Origin: an uncultured Polaribacter sp.
Lineage (GTDB): Bacteria; Bacteroidota; Bacteroidia; Flavobacteriales; Flavobacteriaceae
Reading direction: 5' to 3' (one strand)
DNA length: 64,000 nucleotides
Assembly: GCF_964000115.1 (NCBI RefSeq)
Contig: NZ_CAXEWW010000005.1
Positions 1 through 9,372 of the stretch are shown piece after piece. Positions within the stretch are counted from its first letter, which is position 1; each line of letters starts with the position of its first letter. The notes under the pieces are model-generated. The model was not told the origin of the DNA. It searched no databases and saw only the letters and a list, made by a program, of their open reading frames with translations. The translations under genes were made by a program, and so were the position numbers.

Positions 1-11
1 GACTTCACTGT

Positions 12-1652
12 TTAGGCATACTTGCGTTTCCTGAAGTATCTAAAAATAAGGCCAAAAACAATTAATAAAACCAACGGGAGAACGACATTTAAAAATTGCC
101 AAAATTGACGTTCTTTAAAGGTCTTTTGTGGATCCAACATCCGTATCTGTAAAGACTTATTTCTAAGATTTAAGATACCTGTATCGTCCAACAAATAGTC
201 CACAGCATTTAATAAGAAATCTTTATTTCCAAATTGTTGCTGGGTCCACTTATCTCTCGACAAATCATAAGGCTGCTCTTTTAGTAGTTGGTTTTTTCCA
301 ACATCACCATCCGAAATAACAATCATTTTATTGAATTCAGATTGGGCTTTAAATAGCGGGGTTTTAAAAGGCTGTATTCTATTCTTATAGGCAGAGTTAA
401 AGTTCCCGGATAAAAGCACGGCAAACAATTGACTTCCGCTGTTATAATCGCTTTCTACAACTGCATCAGCAATTGCTTGTATTGCAATTATTTTAGGAGT
501 TCCAACTTTCTGTGTTAATAGCGAACTGACCAGTAAGGGAGTTTTTGTAATATTATTTTTTAAGGTATCTATTTGATTTGCAAATTGCAGCCGTACCGGT
601 AAAATGTTTTTGGTAATGGGGTTTTCTGGATTCCCTTGTGCCAATGGATGATAGTGCCAATCTAAATTTTTAAATTGTGCTTGTTTGCCAATATTTCCTG
701 TTGCTACCGGGATCTTTGCGGCGTATATATCTTTTACAATGCTGGTATTTATTCTGATGCCGTAGGTGAATAGCAAGTCGGTAAGCCCTAAATCTTTCGG
801 ATAGGCTAACATTTTGCCTGTGTTGGCTAAACTATCTTGGTCTGCTTGTACATTGTCAAGCATCCATAATGTTTTTCCGCCGTTTACTATAAACTGATCT
901 AAAACAAACTTTTCTTTTTCTGTGAATTTTTCTGTAGGTTTTGCAATGATGGCTAAGTCGAAATTCGATAAATTTTCTAAAGTTTGTGGGGCCTTTATGG
1001 TATGGGCATCTAAGGAGAATTTTGCCATGCTATATTTTTTTGTAACCGCACTTAAAAAGCTATACTGATAGATATCCGTCAATTCTCCATTCCCTGAGAG
1101 AATTGCTATTTTTTTAAGTTTTTTTTGCGCAACTGTTTGTATTGCATTTGAGAACTCATATTCTAAATTACCAATGGCCTTTTCCAGCTGCTCTTCTTGA
1201 GATGCCACAATAGAGGAAGGTAATAAAGATACAATGGTTGTTTTTTTTCCAAAGCGTATTTCTGCCCAAGGGAAAATAATAGCTTCAGACATCTTACCAT
1301 CTTCCATTACGGTTAATTGACTGGGCAGCATCCCTTTTTTTATTAAGGCTTCTCGCTGGTTGTTTGGATTTTTAAAATTAATTTTAATTTTATTATTTAA
1401 GGATCTTAATTGTTCGAGATATTGCGCTGTTTCTACTTGTAATCTTTTGAACCCTGCGTCAAACTCACCTTCTAAATAGACTTCAATAAAAAGGGGTGTA
1501 TCAATCTGATTCACAAGGATCTTTGTTGTTTCAGAGAGCGTATATCTCTGGTCTGAAGTGAGGTCAAATCGCTTGTAAAAAGAATGACCAATACTATTTA
1601 AGATTATTAAAATTGCGATTAATAGCAGTATTTCTTTTGTTTTTTTACTCAT
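12..1652 (-). CDS. gldG: Gliding-motility ABC transporter auxiliary protein GldG-like (546 aa)
   Basis: Large soluble domain lies between an N-terminal anchor (ILLLIAILIILNSIG) and a C-terminal anchor (VVLPLVLLIVFGLIF). It overlaps the upstream ABC-2 permease ORF by 8 nt, the usual gldF-gldG arrangement. Recognised from memory. Confidence 0.7.
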   Translation of the reverse strand: MSKKTKEILLLIAILIILNSIGHSFYKRFDLTSDQRYTLSETTKILVNQIDTPLFIEVYLEGEFDAGFKRLQVETAQYLEQLRSLNNKIKINFKNPNNQREALIKKGMLPSQLTVMEDGKMSEAIIFPWAEIRFGKKTTIVSLLPSSIVASQEEQLEKAIGNLEYEFSNAIQTVAQKKLKKIAILSGNGELTDIYQYSFLSAVTKKYSMAKFSLDAHTIKAPQTLENLSNFDLAIIAKPTEKFTEKEKFVLDQFIVNGGKTLWMLDNVQADQDSLANTGKMLAYPKDLGLTDLLFTYGIRINTSIVKDIYAAKIPVATGNIGKQAQFKNLDWHYHPLAQGNPENPITKNILPVRLQFANQIDTLKNNITKTPLLVSSLLTQKVGTPKIIAIQAIADAVVESDYNSGSQLFAVLLSGNFNSAYKNRIQPFKTPLFKAQSEFNKMIVISDGDVGKNQLLKEQPYDLSRDKWTQQQFGNKDFLLNAVDYLLDDTGILNLRNKSLQIRMLDPQKTFKERQFWQFLNVVLPLVLLIVFGLIFRYFRKRKYA

Positions 1653-2361
1653 TTTCTATACGTTTTTTAGTTACGAATAAAAAGAAGGCAGTAGTACTGG
1701 CAAAGTAGAGCAGGTCTCGCGTGTCTATAACTCCAAGAGCGATGCTTTTGTAATGGGCATGAATACCAATTTGTTGCAGTGTTGTGTTTTGATCGAACGA
1801 ATTTGCAGCGGCATCAAAACCATAATACAAGACAAATGAGAGAAAAACACCAAGAATAAATGCCACAATTTGATTTTTGGATAGGGTAGAAGTAAACAAA
1901 CCGATAGCAGTATAGGTGCTGGCTAAAAAACACAGACCGATATAAGATCCAACGATGCCTCCAATGTCAAAATTACCAATTGGATTTCCTAATTTAAATA
2001 GGGTGAACACGTAGGTAAGTGTTGGAATTAACGCGCTTAAAACTAAAAGAAGCGCTGCCATAAATTTCCCCAAAACAATTTGCCAATCAGAGATTGGTCT
2101 TGTCTTTAAAAGTTCGATGGTTCCGCTGCTGTATTCATCTGCAAAACTTTTCATGGTTATTGCAGGAATTAGAAATAAAAAGATCCAGGGCGCTAAAAAG
2201 AAAAAAGCATTTAAATCGGCAAAACCGGCATTTAAAATATTAAAATCATCTTTAAAAACCCATAAAAAAAGGCCATTAAACAACAAGAATACACCAATGA
2301 CTACATACGCCATGGGGCTTGCAAAAAATGAGTTAAATTCTTTTTTTAAAACGGCAAACAT
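1645..2361 (-). CDS. gldF: Gliding-motility ABC-2 type permease GldF-like (238 aa)
   Basis: Six hydrophobic segments. The N-terminus MFAVLKKEFNSFFASPMAYVV is typical of ABC-2 permeases. Translationally coupled to the gldG-like ORF. No ATPase gene is adjacent. Confidence 0.7.
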   Translation of the reverse strand: MFAVLKKEFNSFFASPMAYVVIGVFLLFNGLFLWVFKDDFNILNAGFADLNAFFFLAPWIFLFLIPAITMKSFADEYSSGTIELLKTRPISDWQIVLGKFMAALLLVLSALIPTLTYVFTLFKLGNPIGNFDIGGIVGSYIGLCFLASTYTAIGLFTSTLSKNQIVAFILGVFLSFVLYYGFDAAANSFDQNTTLQQIGIHAHYKSIALGVIDTRDLLYFASTTAFFLFVTKKRIENE

Positions 2362-2456
2362 TTCTAATCTATTTAAGATCTTATTTTTTTATTTAAAGAG
2401 TCCTGGATATTTTACGTTTCAATAAAAGTATACTAAGGACCTTTTAATTTTTAATG

Positions 2457-2990
2457 CTACGCATGATTCTCAAGACGAAAAATCCTGTTATTTTCAAAAC
2501 CAATATCTTTTCTTTCTTTTTGGAGTTCAAAAGCATGTTTCTCTAACAACGCAATAGAGGCGCTATTATTTTTATGCGTAAATGCTTCTATTGCTTTTAA
2601 GTCCATTTTTTGAAAAGCAAACTCTAAAATCATCTGAAAAGCTTCACTCATAAAGCCTTTTTCTTGATAATTTGGATGGAGGTCATATCCGATTTCGGCA
2701 TAATCTTTTTCACTATCAAAATTACGCAAACCGATACTTCCTATAATTTCGTCTGTCTCTTTAGTCGCTATTCCCCAAAATACACCTGATCCATCCAATG
2801 CCAAATTGGTGGTAAAATCTATAAAAGCTCTGGATTCAGAGAGATTCTTGAATAGGTCTCGACGTATAAAAGTATTTACTTCTTTATTTGTTCTCAAACT
2901 AAAAATTGATTTTGCGTCTGAAATTTCCAATGCCCTAAGCACTAGTCGTTCTGATTCTAAAACAGGGAAAGGAATAAAGTTGCAGTTCAT
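2457..2990 (-). CDS. GNAT family N-acetyltransferase (RimJ/RimL-like, 177 aa)
   Basis: Size and GNAT acetyl-CoA motif region (QEKGFMSEAFQMILEFAF). Lies 21 nt downstream of the ABM-like ORF on the same strand. Confidence 0.65.
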   Translation of the reverse strand: MNCNFIPFPVLESERLVLRALEISDAKSIFSLRTNKEVNTFIRRDLFKNLSESRAFIDFTTNLALDGSGVFWGIATKETDEIIGSIGLRNFDSEKDYAEIGYDLHPNYQEKGFMSEAFQMILEFAFQKMDLKAIEAFTHKNNSASIALLEKHAFELQKERKDIGFENNRIFRLENHA

Positions 2991-3011
2991 TTTATATTTT
3001 AAACTTTAAAT

Positions 3012-3308
3012 TTAAGGTAAACATACTCTTTTATCAACACTCCATGCTTCTGGCTTGTCATTAAAAAGTATTTTGGTTTTTGCCCAAACAGTTGTAAATA
3101 ATTCAGACTGTCGATATTGCTCTAAGTCATCCGTTGTATTCCAGTGTGAGTATGTAAAAAAGAGTTCGGGATTACTTTTGTCCTGATATAGCTCTAGCTT
3201 TTGGCAACCTTTAGAAGCCCTAATCGCTTTCTTTTTTTCTTCAAAGAGCGCTAAAAAAGAAGCAATATGTTCTTGATGAAAGCGCATTTTTACAATTCGT
3301 ACAAACAT
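3012..3308 (-). CDS. ABM (antibiotic biosynthesis monooxygenase)-like small protein (98 aa)
   Basis: About 100-aa ORF with an alternating beta/alpha pattern that fits the ABM/Dabb fold. Only 3 nt separate it from the upstream DUF62 ORF. Weak by-eye call. Confidence 0.4.
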   Translation of the reverse strand: MFVRIVKMRFHQEHIASFLALFEEKKKAIRASKGCQKLELYQDKSNPELFFTYSHWNTTDDLEQYRQSELFTTVWAKTKILFNDKPEAWSVDKRVCLP

Positions 3309-3311
3309 GTC

Positions 3312-4172
3312 TTAGTTTAAAGTTGTGAATTCTGGGTCGGGAGCATTCGTAAAATCAATAGTTACAGTATCTCTGTACTCTAACCCAAGGAGAGAACACG
3401 CACCGCCAACAGTTTTTAAATTACTTCTATAAATAGCGATCTCGATATAGGAAGCAGAGTTGAAAAGGGCCAATTTATGTCCTTCATATTGCTGATTACT
3501 GTACGTTTTGTTGCTCGCAACTTCGTTGTATTTTGTGAATATCTTAGAAAAAGAATGCTTTTTCGCGCTCATTTTAAAATTTCTTCCTTTTCCAATGTCC
3601 TCAAACATTTTCTTACTAATGTTGGTAATTACATTCCCATAGTTGTCAATAGAAACAATGCCACCTATGATTTGATTTTGTTTTTGATTTGTCTTGGGTT
3701 GAATCTCTGTGATCTTTTTAAAATCTTTAATTTCTTTGCCAATCACCGTTAAGTTTCCACCTCTAGCGATAAAACAAGCTACCTGTACAAAAACATCTAA
3801 AACAGGAAAGCTACTTTCTATCCGATCATGAATATTAATTTCTACTATTTTACTAGGTTTAATTTCTGAGGTGATCATCGAAACAATACCATTGTCTGGA
3901 CAAACAAAAAAGTGACCATCTAATTCTAAAGCAATGTGCTTGTGCGCTTCACTTAACTCGGAGTCTACTCCAACAATATGGATGGTTCCCTTCGGGAAAC
4001 TCTTATAGGAGTTTTTTAGAATATACGCAGTTTCGGTAATGTTGAAAGGAGATATTTCATGGGTGATGTCTACAATTTTAGCATCTGCAAGTTCCGTGTA
4101 AATGGCACCCTTTACGGCCCCTACAAAATGGTCTTTTGTTCCGAAATCTGTAGTTAAAGTAATTAGCGCCAT
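3312..4172 (-). CDS. SAM hydroxide adenosyltransferase / DUF62 (chlorinase-fluorinase-like) protein (286 aa)
   Basis: The N-terminus MALITLTTDFGTKDHFVGAVKG carries the TDFG..D.FVG signature of the DUF62 SAM-cleaving family. Length fits. Confidence 0.75.
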   Translation of the reverse strand: MALITLTTDFGTKDHFVGAVKGAIYTELADAKIVDITHEISPFNITETAYILKNSYKSFPKGTIHIVGVDSELSEAHKHIALELDGHFFVCPDNGIVSMITSEIKPSKIVEINIHDRIESSFPVLDVFVQVACFIARGGNLTVIGKEIKDFKKITEIQPKTNQKQNQIIGGIVSIDNYGNVITNISKKMFEDIGKGRNFKMSAKKHSFSKIFTKYNEVASNKTYSNQQYEGHKLALFNSASYIEIAIYRSNLKTVGGACSLLGLEYRDTVTIDFTNAPDPEFTTLN

Positions 4173-4300
4173 GAATTCATTACTGTTGATTAAAAATGTA
4201 CAATTTTATAAACATTTAACGCAAATCTAATCATTTTAGAAATTTATTTCGTTATTTTTATTTTAAATAAACTGGGTATCAATCTCTAAAAAACAAACAT

Positions 4301-5254
4301 TTGAACGAACGCGTTATAGCATTAGAAGAAATCAATCCAACAGACTTTTTTGGAGCTCAAAACAGTACTATTGAACAGCTTAAAAAATACTTTCCTAAAA
4401 TTAAAATTGTTGCAAGAGGATCTCAATTGAAGATTTATGGAGCAGCGGCTCTTTTAGATGAATTTGAAATTCGTTTGGAACGCTTGATAAAATATTACAA
4501 TCGCTACAACAAGTTAGATGAAAATAGTATCGAGCGTATTTTAACGTCTACTGGAAATGAGGAAAAAACCACCGCTTCTAAAAATATTAAAGATGTTTTG
4601 GTACATGGTGTGAATGGCAAGCTCATAAAGCCCCAAACATTAAATCAGCGTAAAATGGTGACGCTCATGGGAAAGAATGACATGCTGTTTGCAGTGGGTC
4701 CAGCGGGAACAGGGAAGACATATACAGCGGTTGCCCTTGCAGTAAAGGCATTGAAAGAAAAGGAAGTACGGAAAATAATATTGACAAGGCCCGCCGTTGA
4801 GTCGGGAGAAAACTTAGGGTTTTTACCGGGAGATTTGAAAGAAAAGTTAGATCCATATATGCAACCCTTGTATGACGCTTTGAGAGATATGATTCCACAT
4901 GAGCGATTAGAATCCTACTTAGAGAAGGGGGTCATCCAGATTGCGCCCTTGGCTTTTATGCGGGGTAGAACCTTAGACAATGCCTTTGTTATTTTAGATG
5001 AAGCGCAGAACACCACGCACAACCAAATGAAGATGTTTTTAACACGAATGGGAAAGAGTGCTAAATTTATTATCACGGGAGATCCTGGGCAAATTGATTT
5101 GCCAAGAAAGCAAATTTCTGGTTTGAAAGAGTCTTTGTTAGCTTTAAAAGATATAGAAGGAATCGCACAGGTATATTTGGATGATAAAGATGTGGTGCGA
5201 CATAAATTAGTGAAGCGTATTTTGAGTGCTTACAAAAGCATAGAAACAGAATAG
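4301..5254 (+). CDS. phoH: PhoH-like ATPase (317 aa)
   Basis: Walker A GPAGTGKT and Walker B VILDEAQN, with a PhoH-type C-terminal region. TTG start in the ORF track. Confidence 0.9.
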   Translation: MNERVIALEEINPTDFFGAQNSTIEQLKKYFPKIKIVARGSQLKIYGAAALLDEFEIRLERLIKYYNRYNKLDENSIERILTSTGNEEKTTASKNIKDVLVHGVNGKLIKPQTLNQRKMVTLMGKNDMLFAVGPAGTGKTYTAVALAVKALKEKEVRKIILTRPAVESGENLGFLPGDLKEKLDPYMQPLYDALRDMIPHERLESYLEKGVIQIAPLAFMRGRTLDNAFVILDEAQNTTHNQMKMFLTRMGKSAKFIITGDPGQIDLPRKQISGLKESLLALKDIEGIAQVYLDDKDVVRHKLVKRILSAYKSIETE

Positions 5255-5333
5255 TAATTTGTTGTTGGTTTATAGTCTTTAGTCTATTTTTGCCCACAAC
5301 AACAAAGAACCCACAACTAACAACGAAGTATTC

Positions 5334-6281
5334 ATGAATACAATTAATGAAACTAATTTCAAGTTTCCCAATCAAAAGTCTGTTTACAAAGGCAAAGTTA
5401 GAGAAGTATACAATATTAATGATGCCCTATTAGTGATGGTTGCAACCGATCGTCTTTCTGCTTTTGATGTTATTTTACCACGTCAAATTCCATTTAAAGG
5501 TCAAATTTTAAATCAGATTGCGACGAAAATGATGAAGGATACTGAGGCGGTGGTTCCGAATTGGCTGTTGGCAAATCCAGATGAAAACGTGGCAGTAGGT
5601 CACTTATGCGATCCATTTAAAGTAGAGATGGTGATTCGTGGATACATGTCGGGTCATGCAGCTAGAGAATACAAAGCAGGAAAAAGAGTACTTTGTGGCA
5701 TCGCAATGCCAGCAGGATTAAAAGAGAATGATAAATTCCCAGCACCAATTATTACCCCTTCAACAAAAGCAGATAATGGGGAGCATGATGAAGATATTTC
5801 TCGTGAAGCGATCTTAGCGCAGGGAATTGTTTCTGAAGCAGATTATGCTGTCCTGGAAAATTATACCCGTGCTTTATTTGAAAAGGGTACTGAAATTGCT
5901 GCAAAAAGAGGACTTATTTTAGTAGATACTAAATACGAGTTTGGAAAAACGAAAGAAGGAAAAATTGTCTTGATAGATGAAATTCATACACCAGATTCTT
6001 CGCGTTATTTTTATGCAGACGGTTATCAAGAAAGACAAAATACAGGAGAATCCCAAAAGCAGTTGTCTAAAGAGTTTGTAAGACAATGGTTGATAGAAAA
6101 TGGGTTTCAAGGATTAGAAGGACAAGAAATACCGGAAATGTCGGATGCAAAAATCATCGAAATTTCCAATAGATATATAGAATTATACGAACAAATTGTT
6201 GGAGAACCTTTTGTAAAGGCAGCAACAGAAAATGTGTTGGATAGAATTGAGAAGAATGTCAACTCTTTTTTATCAAACTAA
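5334..6281 (+). CDS. purC: Phosphoribosylaminoimidazole-succinocarboxamide (SAICAR) synthase (315 aa)
   Basis: Long-form PurC pattern: [32 protein letters not shown]. Confidence 0.9.
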   Translation: MNTINETNFKFPNQKSVYKGKVREVYNINDALLVMVATDRLSAFDVILPRQIPFKGQILNQIATKMMKDTEAVVPNWLLANPDENVAVGHLCDPFKVEMVIRGYMSGHAAREYKAGKRVLCGIAMPAGLKENDKFPAPIITPSTKADNGEHDEDISREAILAQGIVSEADYAVLENYTRALFEKGTEIAAKRGLILVDTKYEFGKTKEGKIVLIDEIHTPDSSRYFYADGYQERQNTGESQKQLSKEFVRQWLIENGFQGLEGQEIPEMSDAKIIEISNRYIELYEQIVGEPFVKAATENVLDRIEKNVNSFLSN

Positions 6282-6293
6282 AAAAAAAGTATT

Positions 6294-7481
6294 ATGATTA
6301 TAGAACCAAGAACAAGAGGATTTATCTGTTTAACTTCACATCCAACAGGCTGTGAGCAAAACGTGAGCAATCAAATAGCACATATTATATCAAAAGGAAA
6401 AATTGAAGGCGCTAAAAAAGTACTTGTATTGGGTGCTTCTACCGGTTTTGGATTGGCATCAAGAATTACAAGTGCCTTTGGATCGGATGCAGCAACAATT
6501 GGTGTTTTCTTTGACAAACCACCAAAAACAGGAAGACCTGGTTCTCCAGGGTATTACAATACTGCAGCTTTTGAAAAACATGCGCATGCCGCAGGTTTGT
6601 ATGCCAAAAGTGTGAATGGAGATGCCTTTTCAAATGAAATAAAAGAGCAAGTAGTGCAATTGATTAAAGAGGATCTTGGTCAGATTGATTTGGTAATTTA
6701 TAGTTTGGCTTCGCCGGTAAGAACACATCCAAATACAGGAAAAAGATTCAAGTCGGTATTGAAACCTATCGGAGAAGTATTTACAAATAAAACGGTAGAC
6801 TTCCACACGGGTGCGGTGTCGGAAATATCTATAAATCCTGCGGAAGGAGAAGATATTGAAAATACGGTTACTGTAATGGGTGGTGAAGATTGGAAAATGT
6901 GGATGGATGCTTTAAAAGCTGAAAACTTACTTTCGGATGGAGCTACCACAGTTGCATATTCATATATTGGCCCAGATGTTACCAGACCTGTGTATAGAAA
7001 TGGAACGATCGGTGCTGCTAAAGATCATTTAGAAGCAACTGCTTTTGCCATTACAGACGACTTAAAGTCTATTGGAGGTACAGCTTATGTTTCGGTAAAT
7101 AAAGCACTAGTAACACAGGCAAGTTCAGCAATTCCAGTAATTCCTTTATACATTTCTTTATTATATAAGATTATGAAAGCCAAAGGAATTCATGAAGGTT
7201 GTATTGAACAAATGCAGCGTTTGTTTAGTCAGCGTTTGTTTGGAGGTGACTTAGCTTTAGATGAAAAAGGACGAATTCGAGTAGATGACTGGGAAATGCG
7301 TTCAGATGTACAAGCAGAGATTGCGGAACTTTGGAAAAAAGCGACGTCAGAAAATTTAGCAGAGATTGGGGATTTACAAGGGTATAGCGACGAGTTTTTT
7401 AGCTTATTCGGTTTTAAAGTTCCGGGAGTAGATTATGACGCGGACGTAAACGAGGTTGTTCTAATTCCTAGTGAACAATAA
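6294..7481 (+). CDS. fabV: Trans-2-enoyl-ACP/CoA reductase FabV (395 aa)
   Basis: N-terminus MIIEPRTRGFICLTSHPTGCEQNV, GASTGFGLASRI nucleotide-binding loop and YSLASP motif. About 400 aa, typical of FabV. Confidence 0.85.
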   Translation: MIIEPRTRGFICLTSHPTGCEQNVSNQIAHIISKGKIEGAKKVLVLGASTGFGLASRITSAFGSDAATIGVFFDKPPKTGRPGSPGYYNTAAFEKHAHAAGLYAKSVNGDAFSNEIKEQVVQLIKEDLGQIDLVIYSLASPVRTHPNTGKRFKSVLKPIGEVFTNKTVDFHTGAVSEISINPAEGEDIENTVTVMGGEDWKMWMDALKAENLLSDGATTVAYSYIGPDVTRPVYRNGTIGAAKDHLEATAFAITDDLKSIGGTAYVSVNKALVTQASSAIPVIPLYISLLYKIMKAKGIHEGCIEQMQRLFSQRLFGGDLALDEKGRIRVDDWEMRSDVQAEIAELWKKATSENLAEIGDLQGYSDEFFSLFGFKVPGVDYDADVNEVVLIPSEQ

Positions 7482-7547
7482 TTTGAAGAACTTATAAGCC
7501 GTACTTATTTTAATATTTGTGCGGCTCTTTACTATATAAATAGACGT

Positions 7548-8030
7548 TTGAAAGCAGTTACTATAAAACAACTCAAAGATGAATTATCTCATAAATCTGC
7601 TTTAGATTTAAAAGAGTTGTGCCTGCAATTGGGGCGTTTTAAAAAGGAAAATAAAGAGTTACTTACCTATTTATTATTTGAATGTCATGATGAAGAGGCA
7701 TATATTCAAACGATAAAAGAAGAGGTAGCGCTTCAGTTTTCTGAAATAAACACCAATAGTTTTTTCTATATTAGAAAAAGTACTCGAAAGATTTTAACAG
7801 CAATTAAAAAACACATTCGCTATTCTAAAAAAAAGGAGACGGAAGCAGAGTTGTTGTTGTATTTTTGTAAGAAATTAAAAGAATTTAAACCTTCAATAAG
7901 CCGAAGCACTAGACTGCAAAGTATTTTTGACACACAGGTGCGCATGATTAAAAAAGCAATTGAAAAGTTACACGAAGATTTGCAATATGATTTTCAGCTT
8001 GAACTTGATGAATTATTAGACAATGAATAA
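7548..8030 (+). CDS. Hypothetical all-helical protein (160 aa)
   Basis: Uninterrupted ORF with a TTG start, K/E-rich helical composition and no motif I recognise. Its stop overlaps the next ORF start by 8 nt (ATGAATAA). Confidence 0.5.
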   Translation: MKAVTIKQLKDELSHKSALDLKELCLQLGRFKKENKELLTYLLFECHDEEAYIQTIKEEVALQFSEINTNSFFYIRKSTRKILTAIKKHIRYSKKKETEAELLLYFCKKLKEFKPSISRSTRLQSIFDTQVRMIKKAIEKLHEDLQYDFQLELDELLDNE

Positions 8031-8391
8031 AGAAAGACCCGTTTTACCGGATTTAATTAAAGAGCATATGTCTGCGCTAGAATTATTTCAAAACCAAACA
8101 TTAAGACCCGTTATTAAGATGCAGCACGGCTTATTAATTAGCGCTTTTAAAAGTTACATTGCAAAAAGAAAAATTGATTTATCTACGCTTACAACTCAGA
8201 AGCAGCGCAGTAAAACAAAGGCTGTTTTTGTAAAAGACATCAATTATAAAAACCTCACCTTAGGAATGATTATTGGAGCTTTTTCAGCGGATGAGTTTAC
8301 ACATTACAGTACAAACCCCTCAGAGTACAATAAAAGAATTATACAAATCGTAATTCAAAGAATGCAAGATAGTTTGGCAGAGGTTTTGTAA
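8023..8391 (+). CDS. Hypothetical helical protein (122 aa)
   Basis: ORF translationally coupled to 7548..8030. No recognisable motif. Confidence 0.5.
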   Translation: MNKERPVLPDLIKEHMSALELFQNQTLRPVIKMQHGLLISAFKSYIAKRKIDLSTLTTQKQRSKTKAVFVKDINYKNLTLGMIIGAFSADEFTHYSTNPSEYNKRIIQIVIQRMQDSLAEVL

Positions 8392-8432
8392 AGAAAACAA
8401 GGTGTTTTTAAAGCACGATCTTCTTTAGTATT

Positions 8433-9236
8433 CTATGTAAGCTTGTTCTTTTTAGCTAAAAGCTTTTGTTGGTACTTCCCTTGCACTATGTCCACAAGAA
8501 CTAAAATAGCCAATACAAAGTAAAAGGTTGTTTTACTCATTGGGATAATTTCGTTTCCAAAAAGTTTGATATGTGCCAAATGACCACCTTCGGTGACCAG
8601 CATAATTCCAACAATAAACAGGATAAACAATCCTAAAACTTCATACATTCTGTTTTTTGCTAAAAATAGTGAGATTCTATCCGCTAATAACAGCATGAGC
8701 ACACCACTAATTATAATGGCAATTGCCATAACAATAAATGACACTGTGGTGTTTTCTATTTCGCTTGTCAGTCCAATAGCAGCCAAAATAGAGTCAAAAG
8801 AAAAAACCAAGTTCATTAAGACAATGCTGGTAACAACAGCATTTGAAGATTTTGCTCTTTTGGAGTCTCCTGTAAGATCTTGCTCCAAATCATTAGAAGC
8901 AATCATGTGCCAAATTTCTTTAATGGCAGTATAAATAATAAAACCACCCCCTATTAATACGATGATGCTATGGCCGTTGAAAGAAAATTTCACAATGTCT
9001 TTGATTTCCCCTGTCAAAAAAGAAAAGGGCTCTTGGAAAAAATCAATGATAGAAACAAGCACAAATAAGAGCACAATCCGCAATACAATTGCAATTAAGA
9101 TTCCGTTTTTTCTTACTTTTTTCTGATCTGCTTCGGGTGCTTTTTTTGATTCTAAAGAGATATACAGTAAGTTGTCAAAGCCAAGAACAGCTTGTAGTAA
9201 AATTAACATGACCAATGTGAAAATAATTTCTAACAT
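8433..9236 (-). CDS. TerC family integral membrane protein (267 aa)
   Basis: Polytopic membrane protein with TerC-like repeats (GFDNLLYISL and FSFDSILAAIG). Confidence 0.7.
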   Translation of the reverse strand: MLEIIFTLVMLILLQAVLGFDNLLYISLESKKAPEADQKKVRKNGILIAIVLRIVLLFVLVSIIDFFQEPFSFLTGEIKDIVKFSFNGHSIIVLIGGGFIIYTAIKEIWHMIASNDLEQDLTGDSKRAKSSNAVVTSIVLMNLVFSFDSILAAIGLTSEIENTTVSFIVMAIAIIISGVLMLLLADRISLFLAKNRMYEVLGLFILFIVGIMLVTEGGHLAHIKLFGNEIIPMSKTTFYFVLAILVLVDIVQGKYQQKLLAKKNKLT

Positions 9237-9266
9237 AATTTTTTATTGTTTGATATATTCTATGTT

Positions 9267-9274
9267 CAAATATA
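9267..9274 (-). promoter_or_regulatory. Candidate Bacteroidota -7 promoter box (TATATTTG on minus strand) for the TerC gene
   Basis: Exact TAnnTTTG match on the coding strand, about 31 nt upstream of the ATG at 9236. Confidence 0.4.
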
Positions 9275-9372
9275 TTCGGATTGTTGGGATTACACAATTT
9301 TTAGGGAGGTTGCTTTCGAGAATGTCAAAAGATACCTGTTTAAGATTCCGTTTTTTTTAGGTGCGCTCTTTA

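Noticed and set aside
2117-2425. 102-aa Lys-rich plus-strand ORF
   Set aside because: It is antisense to the gldF-like permease. The Lys richness is the mirror image of Phe/Leu-rich membrane codons.
9237-9372. Possible yybP-ykoY (manganese) riboswitch upstream of the TerC-family gene
   Set aside because: TerC genes often carry this riboswitch, so I read the minus-strand leader. It lacks the conserved GGGGAGUAG-type element. The only GGGAGG string is on the wrong strand. This was checked only by eye, and an Infernal scan would be definitive.
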